From an uncultured candidate division Zixibacteria bacterium (GTDB lineage: Bacteria; Zixibacteria; MSB-5A5; GN15; FEB-12), in assembly GCA_963735035.1 (NCBI GenBank), contig CAVTJJ010000004.1, positions 480,001 through 544,000 on the forward strand: a DNA stretch of 64,000 nt. Direction: 5' to 3'. The notes beneath the pieces were generated by a model that searched no databases, was not told the origin of the DNA, and worked only from the letters and a program-made list of their open reading frames with translations. Shown in pieces: positions 42,340-52,126 of this stretch. How positions within the stretch are numbered: position 1 is the first letter of the stretch; each line of letters starts with the position of its first letter. The position numbers and the translations under genes are program-made.

Positions 42340-42724
42340 TCGGGCTACTTTCGGGAACTGGAGTCTTGAACGGTGTCTTTACACCATTCATCAAAGTTGT
42401 GTAATTCGGCGCTTCCGAACCCAGAAAACAGATCGATTGCTAACGTTTCCTCTGGGTGAGGTCAGGTATCACATAGATACGTTTGCTCACCATAACATGG
42501 GCTAAGAAGAAGGAATGATGAAAGGGGGGAAACCCATTTTCGGACGGCGTGTAATAGCACAAAGCGACACAATCGGAATTCGATCGTACCGACAATTTTC
42601 TACTTCACGCAACCCTAGCGCAAGACGCTGTCTTGAGCTGTGGGTTCAGGTTCCAAGAGATGCAAATGCGAGTTGTCACTGAACCACTTTGGGCTCTCGG
42701 GTTCGATAACAACAAACCACGCTC
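41732..42724 (-). promoter_or_regulatory. ~1-kb structured 5' leader of copy B
   Basis: Homologous to 37283-38313 with compensatory changes. Confidence 0.6.
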
Positions 42725-42730
42725 AGGGCA

Positions 42731-42758
42731 AAGATACAATCATCCGCGGTTTTGTCAA
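42731..42758 (-). promoter_or_regulatory. Promoter TTGACA-N16-TATCTT
   Basis: Conserved with 38320-38347. Confidence 0.7.
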
Positions 42759-42861
42759 GGGCAATTCGGTACATGTTGGGAATTTTCTTCCAGGTTGTGA
42801 AATCTGCGACGAGCTTTCAGCTTGACACCTGGTCGGGCCGTGCGCCTTCTTGATCCGGGAT

Positions 42862-45270
42862 ATGAAACTCCTCCAACTGACCATCCGCAATTTTCGGGTC
42901 ATCCGGAAAGCCGATTTGTTGTTCCCTGACCAGGTGATAGGGATCACGGGGCCGAATGGCGCCGGAAAGTCGAGTATTGTTGAGGCGGTCGCATGGGCAC
43001 TTTACGGGGCCAGGGCGGCCCGCTCCGGAAAAGAAGAGATTAAATCGACGTATGCGGCTACCGACGATGATTGTGCTGTCGGGCTGGAATTTGAGATCGG
43101 GCAGGAGCACTACCGTCTGGAGCGGCGTCTGGTCGGTCGGACCGAGCGAACCGAAGTGAGCCTGCATCGGAACGGCAGCCGGGAGTCGTCCGGGACCATC
43201 GAGACCGAGAAGCATGTCGCGCAACTACTGGGTCTGGACTGGCGCGGTTTTCAGACTTCGTTTCTGGCTCGTCAGCAGGAATTGAACGCCCTGGCCAGCC
43301 TGACTCCGGTCGATCGCCGGAACCAGTTGGCGGGAATGCTTGGAATCGACCGTTTGGACCGAGCCATTCAATCGGCCAAGGCCGACCGAAGCGCAGCCGA
43401 ACGCGGCGCCTCGGTCCTTCAGCAACAGATGGCCGTGGTGGACGACATTCGGGGGCGGCTGGCCCAGATCGGGGAGCACGTCGTTCTACTTGAAAATCAA
43501 CACGTTACACTTGAGGGAGCATGGCAGGAACTGGCGCGCCGCCTGGCCGAGACAGAAACTGAAAGCAAGGAGCATGAGGCTAAGTTGAAGGCATGCTCCC
43601 AGGCCCGGGTTCGACTCGATGCCGCCCGACTCGCGGAGCAGAACTTATCCCAACAATTGAAAGACCTGGATGCCAGGCAGAACCGACTCGAATTGGCCCG
43701 TAAAGAACTCGACAGCATCGAACCTCAATTGTCGTTGTTGGGCGGGTTCCAGACTGAACTGGAAGAGGTGAAAAAGCGGCGGGAGGCGGCTTCGAAATTC
43801 CAACAGTTGAGCGATCAGGCGACCGCATGGCGAAACGAACTGGAACAGGCCGAGCAGGCCTGGCGGAGCTGTACGGTCGAACGCGAGAAGCTCGAAAAGG
43901 ACAGGGCTGCGATTCCTGCTGACCTATCTGACCGGATCAAACAAACCGAGGCCCGGCTCGAAGAGTCCCGACGGTGCTGGACCGACTTGAAGGGCGAACT
44001 GGCGGCTGAAGAGAAATCGGTCGGGCAACTGAAAGAGCAACTGGAGTCGATCAAGCAGGTCGGGCCGGATGCTGTCTGCGAGCGGTGCCGACGCCCGTTT
44101 GGTGAGGACCTCCCCCGGATTCAAACACATCTGGCCGCCGAACTGACCGACGTAGAAGCAGGATGCGGGAGGATTCGAAACGATCTGGCACGATTACACG
44201 ACGAGGGGAAGTCGATCAAGAGCGACGCCGATCGACTGATAAAGCTGAATCAGGAATGGGTCGAGTTGGAACTGAAGGAACGGAATCTGCAGAGTCGTTT
44301 GGCCGATTTCGAAAGCCGGCGGGCTCGGTTGACCGTCCAAATGCAACAATTGTCGGAGCAGTTGCGATTGCTGGGAGCAGTCGATTTTGATCCGAATCGG
44401 CTGAAAGAACTCACCGATCAGGTGGCTCGCCTGGAGAGGTTGCGCAATCGGTCTCTTGAATTGAACGGAGAGCTGAAGGCGGCGCCGGAGTTGGAAGCGT
44501 CCAAAGCGACGCTGTCAGAACAACGGGAAAGGGCCGCAATAGAGATACAGGCATCAGAACGTGAGGTGCTATCGATCGGTTTCGATCAGGCAGCCCACGA
44601 CGTCGTAACTGCCCGGCTTGTATCCGAACAGGCGGCGGCCAATGAGGCTCGGGTGGCTCTTGGGGAGGCGGCCAAGGAGTTGGAATTTGCCCGACGTGAA
44701 ATTCGATTGAAAGAAGAAGAGCTAAAGCGTCTGGCGGAAATCGGCCGCCAACTCGAAATAGTCCGCACCGACCAGTTCTACGCCGAAAAGCTGGTCAACC
44801 TGTTTGGGGATTTTCGCAAGTTTACGATCAGCCGGATTCGACCGCGTCTATCGGAATTGTCCAGCCAGTTGATGGGGGAAATGAGCGGGGGCCGGTACAG
44901 CCTCGTTGAATTGGATGAAGACTACAATCTGCAGGTGATGGACGGTGGAGCGTATTTCGGGATCGAACGGTTTTCAGGCGGCGAAAAGGACCTGGCCTCG
45001 CTTTGCCTCCGCTTGTCAATTTCTCTGGCGCTGACCGAGTCGGCCGGGCTGGATCGTTCCTTCATTATACTAGACGAAGTTTTCGGGTCGCAGGATACGG
45101 GCCGGAGGGATCTGATTTTCGAGGCGCTGGCCAACCTGAAAAAGCGCTTCCCCCAGATGATCCTGATCACCCATCTGGAAGAACTCAAAAACAAAGTCGA
45201 GACGATTATCGAAGTCGTGCCCCTGGCGGGAGGGTGGTCAGAAGTGAGGGTGAATGGCGGCCTGGTCTAA
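42862..45270 (+). CDS. sbcC: SbcC/Rad50-type SMC ATPase
   Basis: GPNGAGKS Walker A, coiled coil with CERC zinc hook, FSGGE signature, IILDEVFG Walker B. Confidence 0.88.
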   Translation: MKLLQLTIRNFRVIRKADLLFPDQVIGITGPNGAGKSSIVEAVAWALYGARAARSGKEEIKSTYAATDDDCAVGLEFEIGQEHYRLERRLVGRTERTEVSLHRNGSRESSGTIETEKHVAQLLGLDWRGFQTSFLARQQELNALASLTPVDRRNQLAGMLGIDRLDRAIQSAKADRSAAERGASVLQQQMAVVDDIRGRLAQIGEHVVLLENQHVTLEGAWQELARRLAETETESKEHEAKLKACSQARVRLDAARLAEQNLSQQLKDLDARQNRLELARKELDSIEPQLSLLGGFQTELEEVKKRREAASKFQQLSDQATAWRNELEQAEQAWRSCTVEREKLEKDRAAIPADLSDRIKQTEARLEESRRCWTDLKGELAAEEKSVGQLKEQLESIKQVGPDAVCERCRRPFGEDLPRIQTHLAAELTDVEAGCGRIRNDLARLHDEGKSIKSDADRLIKLNQEWVELELKERNLQSRLADFESRRARLTVQMQQLSEQLRLLGAVDFDPNRLKELTDQVARLERLRNRSLELNGELKAAPELEASKATLSEQRERAAIEIQASEREVLSIGFDQAAHDVVTARLVSEQAAANEARVALGEAAKELEFARREIRLKEEELKRLAEIGRQLEIVRTDQFYAEKLVNLFGDFRKFTISRIRPRLSELSSQLMGEMSGGRYSLVELDEDYNLQVMDGGAYFGIERFSGGEKDLASLCLRLSISLALTESAGLDRSFIILDEVFGSQDTGRRDLIFEALANLKKRFPQMILITHLEELKNKVETIIEVVPLAGGWSEVRVNGGLV

Positions 45271-45916
45271 GCGCGCGCGCAGGCGTGTTCTCGCGATCTC
45301 ACTGGTAATCGTGATCGCCCTGCTGATACTGGTTTTTCGGCTGGTCGAGGATATCGGTCCCGAGAAAGGTCCGGACGATCGGTTTGTGGTGGTCCGAGTG
45401 CTTGATGGCGACACGATGGAATTCCGGGGCGGCGACAAAGTGCGGCTGCTCGGAATCGATACACCTGAAAAAGGTGAGCCGCTGCACGACGAGGCCAGGG
45501 CGTTGCTCAGTCGTCTGGCGCTCAACCAGACCACGTCGCTGGAGTATTCCAGGCAGCGGCGGGATCGGTACGGGCGATTGCTGGGATATGTCTTTGTCGA
45601 TTCGGTATTCGTGAACAAGACGATTGTCGATAGTGGGTATGCCTATGTCTACCTGTTCGAAGACAACGAACTGAGCAGTGAACCGGTTCGGAAGCTGCTT
45701 GATGCCCAGCGGTCCGCTATCGAGCGTCACGCCGGGTTATGGTCGCTGCCGCGCACGCCGGAGGATCGATACATAAATTCCCAGGGTTCATTCAGACTAC
45801 ATCGGCCGGGATGTCGGTCGCTGGGCGATTTGAAACCGGGGAAGTATCAGGAATTTGCTACGCGGGAACAAGGGCTGTCGCAGGGATTGTCGCCCTGTCG
45901 CAATTGCAAACCGTGA
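45254..45916 (+). CDS. Thermonuclease (SNase) family protein with C-terminal Ada-like metal-binding motif
   Basis: VLDGDT, VRLLGIDTPE, DRYGRLLGYV; H.PGC...GLSPCRNCKP. Confidence 0.9.
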   Translation: MAAWSKRARRRVLAISLVIVIALLILVFRLVEDIGPEKGPDDRFVVVRVLDGDTMEFRGGDKVRLLGIDTPEKGEPLHDEARALLSRLALNQTTSLEYSRQRRDRYGRLLGYVFVDSVFVNKTIVDSGYAYVYLFEDNELSSEPVRKLLDAQRSAIERHAGLWSLPRTPEDRYINSQGSFRLHRPGCRSLGDLKPGKYQEFATREQGLSQGLSPCRNCKP

Positions 45917-46184
45917 GGGGGGGCAGGTTGAACCCCCTGCGGATTCGACATCTGGTATGTAATCTATCTTGCCCCGCTTTAGGCGGGGCACCCAAGGGTT
46001 GTGCGCGGGTCCGTCTTCGAACCCGCCACGATTGCCTGTAAACCCACCCGCAAGCGGGGTGGGCCACCCAGAGAACACCGTGCGTGGTGGACGTCCTCGT
46101 CCACCACGTTTTGTTGGCGCACGAGGACCCCCGATCAAGTCGGGGGCAGGCTTTGCCGCTAACGGACCTACGAAGAATCAAGCC

Positions 46185-48818
46185 CTACTTCAGCAACATC
46201 ATCTTTCGTGTTTGAATCTCATCGCCTGCCCGCACGCGATAGAAATATATCCCCGACGCCACGGGTCGACCTGATGCGTCGGATCCATTCCACACTGCCG
46301 TATATTCACCGGCCGGCTGGTTCCGGTTCACGAGTGTTGCAACTCTTTGCCCCAGCAGATTGAATACCGAGACGTTGACATCGGCCCGTTTCGGAAGCGC
46401 ATACCTGATGGTAGTCGATGGATTGAACGGGTTGGGGTAGTTTTGAGCGACAAGGAACTCTGTCGGCAGAGTCGCAATGTCCTCGTCGTCCAAGTCGGTC
46501 GGTGTGTTTTCCCAAAGCAAGATGTCGCGAAGAACGGAGATTGAGTTGAGACGGTCGGTCCCTTGTCCTACGGCCATTTTGAATAGAACCTGCTGAGTGT
46601 CACCGGGACGGAATGTGAATGGTCCGAAAGAGGCCATCATGCGCCGGTCAGACGGGGTATTGTCGATCCAGCCGGTAGCAGTTACAGGGTCACCTGAGTT
46701 CACGAATCGTGTGGGTTGCCCCGTAGTAGGGTTGTAGTACGGTGCGCCGTCATTCTTCGCTTCTAAGCCCATCATGTATTGATACGATTGGACATACCAA
46801 TCCGGGTCAGTGCCATTTATGTACTTGTTGAATGAGTACATGCCAAGGTTCTTGTAATTTGGTAGCGGACGGCCATCAACCATGGCGGAGTCGGCGGAGT
46901 AGCCGGTGTACACGACCGGTCCTTCCAGTACCTTGAAACCAATCGCTGGCGGTACGCCCTGATATTGGGCATCATAATCGGTGGCGTTGTAGCAGAAGAA
47001 CAGGTTGTTCAGAGTATCACACCCGACCAGATCGTCGCCTGCCGAGCCGAGATCGGGATCGAGCCAGAGGCTTAGGAAGAAGTCGTTGAGGGTGCGGTTG
47101 CCCTTGTTAATCAACTTGTACCGCAGAAGAAGGGACACATCTTCCGCTGTCGTTGTGGGATCGGCGATCGGGTCCGGGGCTTTGAAGAAGAATGTATCGG
47201 CCGGTGTGAGAGAGTAGCCCTCACCGGGGATTATCAGGAACTCATCACCATCTTCAAAGACACAGTTGCTGCCTCGCCTGGCCCAGGTTGCCCAGTACAT
47301 AATCGGCATTTGGATGTCGTTCAGAGGATTCAGCTCGAACTCAGCGTTTGGCGTCTCGCTGTAGTCGGCCATATAGATCCATAACCATTCACGAGGTCCG
47401 TTGACGGCTGCATTTGTAGTGCCGAGTGCAGTAAGCGAGTCACTGTCCGGGGGCCAGTACTTACCGTCAACCGTACCGAGCTCAACGTTGTTCTCCAGGA
47501 ATCCAACCGTCAGCCGACGGGGTGGATCGACACTCATGTCCCAGGCCGAAAGAGGCACATTCTTCTCAAAAGCCTGGAAATCATACGAAGCGTCGGTGTT
47601 GAAGATGAACGGCGCAAATTCCTGCTTGGCTGGGGGGGTCTGACAACCGCGCATGTAGCGGTAGCCGTAGGACACGTTTGTATCCCCCGGATCAAAATTA
47701 CCCACCGAGTCAACCTTGGCCAGCTTTAGAAGCACTTCCGGTAAATCGAGATAGCTTATCGCCGCGGGCTCACCATTGAAGTACGCATACGGATCGGCCC
47801 AGCCCAGCGCTCCGTTGAATCCTTCAAATCCGTAATCTGCCTGCGCCCAGGTGAAGCGACGCGTGCCGCCGGGTATGGTCCAATCAGTAACTCCTATATG
47901 CCCTGAATCTGCAACAGCTACTTGCAGGCCGTCAACGGACGGTGAAGGAGCACCACCGGACCGATCTGACATGCCTGTCAATTTGGTCTCGCCCGTCGTC
48001 CTGTCAATCAGATCCCAAGTTCCCCCACTTGAAGAATCGGCCGTGAAGATCACCATGTAATCATGACCATTCAAGAGGGACGGCTGGTTAGCAAAGACTC
48101 GCACCGAGCCACCGCCGGACCCGACATGCTGAACTTCAATTGTCGGAGGCAAATCGATGATGGTGCCTTTGCTTGACCAGACGGTTTGCTGAACCTCGAT
48201 CCCCATCGGTGCGGTTGAGCCGGCGTCGCTCGTGTGCTCGGCGGGATCGGCGTCGTTGTAAACGGTCCACGTCATCTGGTCGCCTCTCATTTCGGGGGCG
48301 CCGTAGCCGTCAACCGGCGCGCCCTGGGTGACCGGCCAATCTTGATAGTCCTGATTCGGGTTATCGGCCAGGCTATCACTGTAGAGCTTGTAAACTCGGA
48401 ACTCAGGTCGGTCAGTCTGATAGGTACCGCCAGCCATCGGTCCCGGCACGTACTCGCTGCTATACTCAGCAATAGTAACCAGGGTGTCATTGGTCGCCGC
48501 GTCTACACCGCCCAGCCAGAGTCCTCCGGCATACAGTGGTGAGGTCGTATTTGCGCCGGACTGAATGTCAGCGACAGTAGTAAAGGGGAAGTACGTTCCA
48601 TAATCGTTCCCAAAGACGCCAGCCAGATCACGGCCGAAATTGCCGTGGTTGGTGACAAACATTAGAATCCGATTAGCGTTGATGAAGGTAGTGTTGTCAA
48701 TTGTCTGAGATGTTGGAGCGGAAACCTGACGTTTCTCCGGGGGGAGCGACAAGCTCTGTGATACAAGAGCGAGCGAGAAGAAGGCAGTAAGGAACCAATG
48801 CGTGAATTGGCGGTTCAT
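46185..48818 (-). CDS. Large secreted protein with T9SS-A/FlgD-like C-terminal domain
   Basis: Signal peptide; QNYPNPFNP...WNG...ASGIYFYR...KMMLLK tail. Confidence 0.88.
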   Translation of the reverse strand: MNRQFTHWFLTAFFSLALVSQSLSLPPEKRQVSAPTSQTIDNTTFINANRILMFVTNHGNFGRDLAGVFGNDYGTYFPFTTVADIQSGANTTSPLYAGGLWLGGVDAATNDTLVTIAEYSSEYVPGPMAGGTYQTDRPEFRVYKLYSDSLADNPNQDYQDWPVTQGAPVDGYGAPEMRGDQMTWTVYNDADPAEHTSDAGSTAPMGIEVQQTVWSSKGTIIDLPPTIEVQHVGSGGGSVRVFANQPSLLNGHDYMVIFTADSSSGGTWDLIDRTTGETKLTGMSDRSGGAPSPSVDGLQVAVADSGHIGVTDWTIPGGTRRFTWAQADYGFEGFNGALGWADPYAYFNGEPAAISYLDLPEVLLKLAKVDSVGNFDPGDTNVSYGYRYMRGCQTPPAKQEFAPFIFNTDASYDFQAFEKNVPLSAWDMSVDPPRRLTVGFLENNVELGTVDGKYWPPDSDSLTALGTTNAAVNGPREWLWIYMADYSETPNAEFELNPLNDIQMPIMYWATWARRGSNCVFEDGDEFLIIPGEGYSLTPADTFFFKAPDPIADPTTTAEDVSLLLRYKLINKGNRTLNDFFLSLWLDPDLGSAGDDLVGCDTLNNLFFCYNATDYDAQYQGVPPAIGFKVLEGPVVYTGYSADSAMVDGRPLPNYKNLGMYSFNKYINGTDPDWYVQSYQYMMGLEAKNDGAPYYNPTTGQPTRFVNSGDPVTATGWIDNTPSDRRMMASFGPFTFRPGDTQQVLFKMAVGQGTDRLNSISVLRDILLWENTPTDLDDEDIATLPTEFLVAQNYPNPFNPSTTIRYALPKRADVNVSVFNLLGQRVATLVNRNQPAGEYTAVWNGSDASGRPVASGIYFYRVRAGDEIQTRKMMLLK

Positions 48819-49001
48819 GGGCTTTGTCTCCTGAAAGCTATTAATGATACTTACTAGTAACAGTATAATTTGGAGGGTCCAATTGTACAAGACTGAAATG
48901 CACCCGGCGGTACATGGAATGCGGATATATTTACTCTTGATTTTGCTGAGTCCAATCGGTTCAATTGGCGGTAAGAGAGTTAGTTGCTTATGTTTCGAAC
49001 C

Positions 49002-49466
49002 ATGAAATCACACAGTCGGTTGATTCTCGCATTCAGTCTCATTCTTGCGATTGGCAGTTGCGGGAAGAAAGGGCTGATCGTCCAGGAAAAGCCGGTGATC
49101 GTAGAGAAGGGCCTGTTCGAAACGCTCTGGGTGGAGCCCAGAATCATCATCTCTGACTCACTGATAACGCTCATACGTTCCGACCGGATCGATTCGGCCG
49201 TGGTCAAACCGTCGGAGCGCGGTATTGAGCGTCCGTCGGCGGTCGAACTGAGAATCTACGAGCCGGTCTGCAAGGTTTCGGTCGATCTGGTCGACGCCAA
49301 CCTGAGGTTGATCCGCCCGTTGTTGTTGCAGGACCTCAAGGTCGGTTTCTATCATCTGACCCTCAACGCCGACCGATTTCGGGAACCGTCACTGCCACCG
49401 GGGCGATACTTCCTCCGAGCCGAATACTGCGGCCGTTCTGAGATCACCATGTTTACGCGGCCGTGA
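49002..49466 (+). CDS. Small lipoprotein with FlgD/CTD-like Ig domain
   Basis: IGSC lipobox; LIRPLL...GFYHLTLN...LPPGRYFLR. Confidence 0.7.
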   Translation: MKSHSRLILAFSLILAIGSCGKKGLIVQEKPVIVEKGLFETLWVEPRIIISDSLITLIRSDRIDSAVVKPSERGIERPSAVELRIYEPVCKVSVDLVDANLRLIRPLLLQDLKVGFYHLTLNADRFREPSLPPGRYFLRAEYCGRSEITMFTRP

Positions 49467-49696
49467 TCTTTCACTTTGTCTTCCGGCAGACGAGGATCCG
49501 CCGCGGCGGACCGGGCACGGTAGACAACTGCCTCAGCCTGTCAACCTACCTCAGGATATCGCCTTCCAAGTTGTCCTATAATTGCGCAGGGGGAATCCTC
49601 CAATAGTCGCGCTACGCGCCGATATATGGGAGTGTCCCCATGGCCGACCCGGTCGGACTCTGGGTAGGTGAGAAAATACAAGCTGGGAGCGTAAAC

Positions 49697-51067
49697 ATGC
49701 CTAATATCCTGGTCGTCGAGGACAAGGACTCCATGCGCAATATGCTGCACGAGACCCTGACGGAAGAGGGATACCGGGTCGACTCCGCCATCAACGGCAA
49801 GCAGGCCATCGATCTTGTCAGCAACAAATCATACGATCTCGTGCTTACTGATCTGCGGATGCCCGAAGTCGACGGGTTGGCGCTTCTCAACAAAGTCAAG
49901 GAACTCGATGCCGATACGTCGGTGATAGTCATGACCGCCTACGGCACGATCGAGGATGCAGTCGCGGCCATGAAGCAGGGCGCCTATGATTTTCTTACCA
50001 AGCCGTTTGATACCGAGCATCTCTGCGTATTGGTCGGACGGGCGCTGGAGAACCGCCGACTCGTGGCGGAGAATACGCTCCTGCGGCAGGAACTTCTCTC
50101 CCAGCATGGGATCGAAAATATCATCGGGAAGAACGCCAAGATGATGGAGCTGGGGCAGTTGATCCACAAGGTAGCCAAGAGCGATGCCTCGGTACTACTG
50201 CAGGGAGAGTCTGGTACCGGTAAAGAATTGTTCGCGCGAGCGATTCATAATCTGTCGCTGCGCAAGGACGGACCGTACATCACGATCAACTGCGCCGCTA
50301 TTCCGGATGAACTTCTCGAGAACGAATTGTTCGGCTCCGAGAAGGGTGCATTCACCGGAGCGCATGCCCGCAAGATGGGCAAGTTCGAAATCGCCAACGG
50401 TGGCACGATATTCCTGGATGAAATCGGCGACATGGATATAGCCCTGCAGGCGAAACTCCTCAGAGTGCTGCAGCAGAAGAATTTCGAGCGCCTCGGCGGC
50501 AACAAGACCGTCGACGTTGACGTGCGCGTCATCGCGGCTACCAATATGGACCTGCCGGAACTGATCAGACTAAAGCGGTTCCGTGAAGACCTCTACTACC
50601 GTCTGTCAGTGTTTCCGCTGAGCATCCCGGCTTTGAGAGAACGGCCGGACGATATCCCGCTTCTGGCCGAGGCTTTTGTAGCCCAGTACAGCCGCGAAAT
50701 GCGCAAGCCGGAGAAATCGCTCGCCAAAGAAGCGATGGCGCTTCTGGAGAAATATCACTGGCCGGGCAATGTGCGCGAACTCGAGAACACGATCGAGCGG
50801 GCGGTGATTCTCGCCGAGGGGCGCAAGATCACGCCGGAACATCTGGCCATTCGCTTGCGACGGACCGACGAGATCCAGCTTCGGGACGGGGCCGGATTGA
50901 AAGAAATCGGCTCCAACGCCCAGATGCAGGCCGAGCGGGGGGCGATCATGCGGGTGCTCAAGGAAGTTCGCGGCAACAAACGCAAAGCGGCCCAGGTGCT
51001 TCGGATCGACTACACGACACTGTTCGACAAGATCAAGAAGTACGGCATAGAAAAAGACGGCGAGTAG
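49697..51067 (+). CDS. Sigma54-dependent response regulator (NtrC/AtoC family)
   Basis: Receiver (VVED, DLRMP, KPF), GESGTGKE, GAFTGA, WPGNVRELEN, C-terminal HTH. Confidence 0.95.
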   Translation: MPNILVVEDKDSMRNMLHETLTEEGYRVDSAINGKQAIDLVSNKSYDLVLTDLRMPEVDGLALLNKVKELDADTSVIVMTAYGTIEDAVAAMKQGAYDFLTKPFDTEHLCVLVGRALENRRLVAENTLLRQELLSQHGIENIIGKNAKMMELGQLIHKVAKSDASVLLQGESGTGKELFARAIHNLSLRKDGPYITINCAAIPDELLENELFGSEKGAFTGAHARKMGKFEIANGGTIFLDEIGDMDIALQAKLLRVLQQKNFERLGGNKTVDVDVRVIAATNMDLPELIRLKRFREDLYYRLSVFPLSIPALRERPDDIPLLAEAFVAQYSREMRKPEKSLAKEAMALLEKYHWPGNVRELENTIERAVILAEGRKITPEHLAIRLRRTDEIQLRDGAGLKEIGSNAQMQAERGAIMRVLKEVRGNKRKAAQVLRIDYTTLFDKIKKYGIEKDGE

Positions 51068-51097
51068 GGAACGTCCCCTCTGTCACCCTGAGGCCAA

Positions 51098-51678
51098 GTA
51101 GGTCGGGTTCACGAGAGCCACGCGAAGCGTGACGCGAGCAACCCGACACTGTTCTACACCTCCCAACGGGGGGTTTGTGCGATTTGAACAGACCATAACA
51201 TTCCGTCATGCCCGACTCGGTCGGGCACCCATGACCATTCGCAACCGCAAGAGATGCGCAGTTTCACGAGAGGGACTCTTTCTCGATCCTTGTCTTCGAA
51301 CTCCCCGCCCCCAGTCAATGTCATTGATGTGACCTCCGCGACGGACCATGGATTCCCGGCCAAGCCGGGAATGACGGCGAGTATGATTGATTCTACTCAT
51401 GGATGCCCCGGCTAAACCGGGGCAAGACAGAAATAGGATTCGCGCTTTTTCCCCCACCTGCAAGCAGGTGGGCCAACCGAGCGATTTGAGCTGACTGTAA
51501 CATTCCGTCATGCCCGACTCGGTCGGGCACCCATGACCACTCGCAACCGCATGAGATGCACAGATTCACGGGAGAGACTTCTTCTCGATCCTGTCCTCGA
51601 CCTCTCCGCCCCCAGTCAATGTCAGTGACGTAACCTTCGCGACGCTCCATAGATTCCCGGCCAAGCCGGGAATGACGG
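51098..51678. repeat. REP plus two ~300-bp-period copies of the GTCA-hairpin...hairpin-TGAC element
   Basis: 51203-51377 and 51505-51678 align over their length. Confidence 0.8.
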
Positions 51679-51826
51679 AGAAAGGGCGGGACGTGATATC
51701 GAACTCACCCGGCGAGCACCCTCCCCGCCCACAAATACATTGACAGCGGCAACTCCAGGCCCCTAATATCGTTATATGTACATAAGCGACAACGTAGTCG
51801 ATTAGCCACGGCGCGACGGAATCCGT

Positions 51827-52126
51827 ATGGACGAGCGAATCTACAGCAAGTATTTCAAGGCCTTCGGCGAGCCCACCCGTCTGCGCATTCTTGGGTTTCT
51901 GACCGGCAAGGCCATGACTGTTAACGACATAGCTGATAAAGTCGGGCTGTCGCAATCGACCGTCAGCCGTCACCTGGCGGTGCTTCGCGACGCCGGTATT
52001 CTGACCGACCGTCGCGACGGCCAGCAGGTGTATTACAGCCTGAATAAAGACACGGTGGAGGAATGCTGCTCAGGGTTTTGTGACTGTTTGAAGATAATAA
52101 CGCGCCCGAGGAGCAAGAAAAAGTGA
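51827..52126 (+). CDS. ArsR/SmtB family regulator
   Basis: FKAFGEPTRLRIL, SQSTVSRHL, RDGQQVYYSL; C-terminal CC..FC.C. Confidence 0.92.
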   Translation: MDERIYSKYFKAFGEPTRLRILGFLTGKAMTVNDIADKVGLSQSTVSRHLAVLRDAGILTDRRDGQQVYYSLNKDTVEECCSGFCDCLKIITRPRSKKK

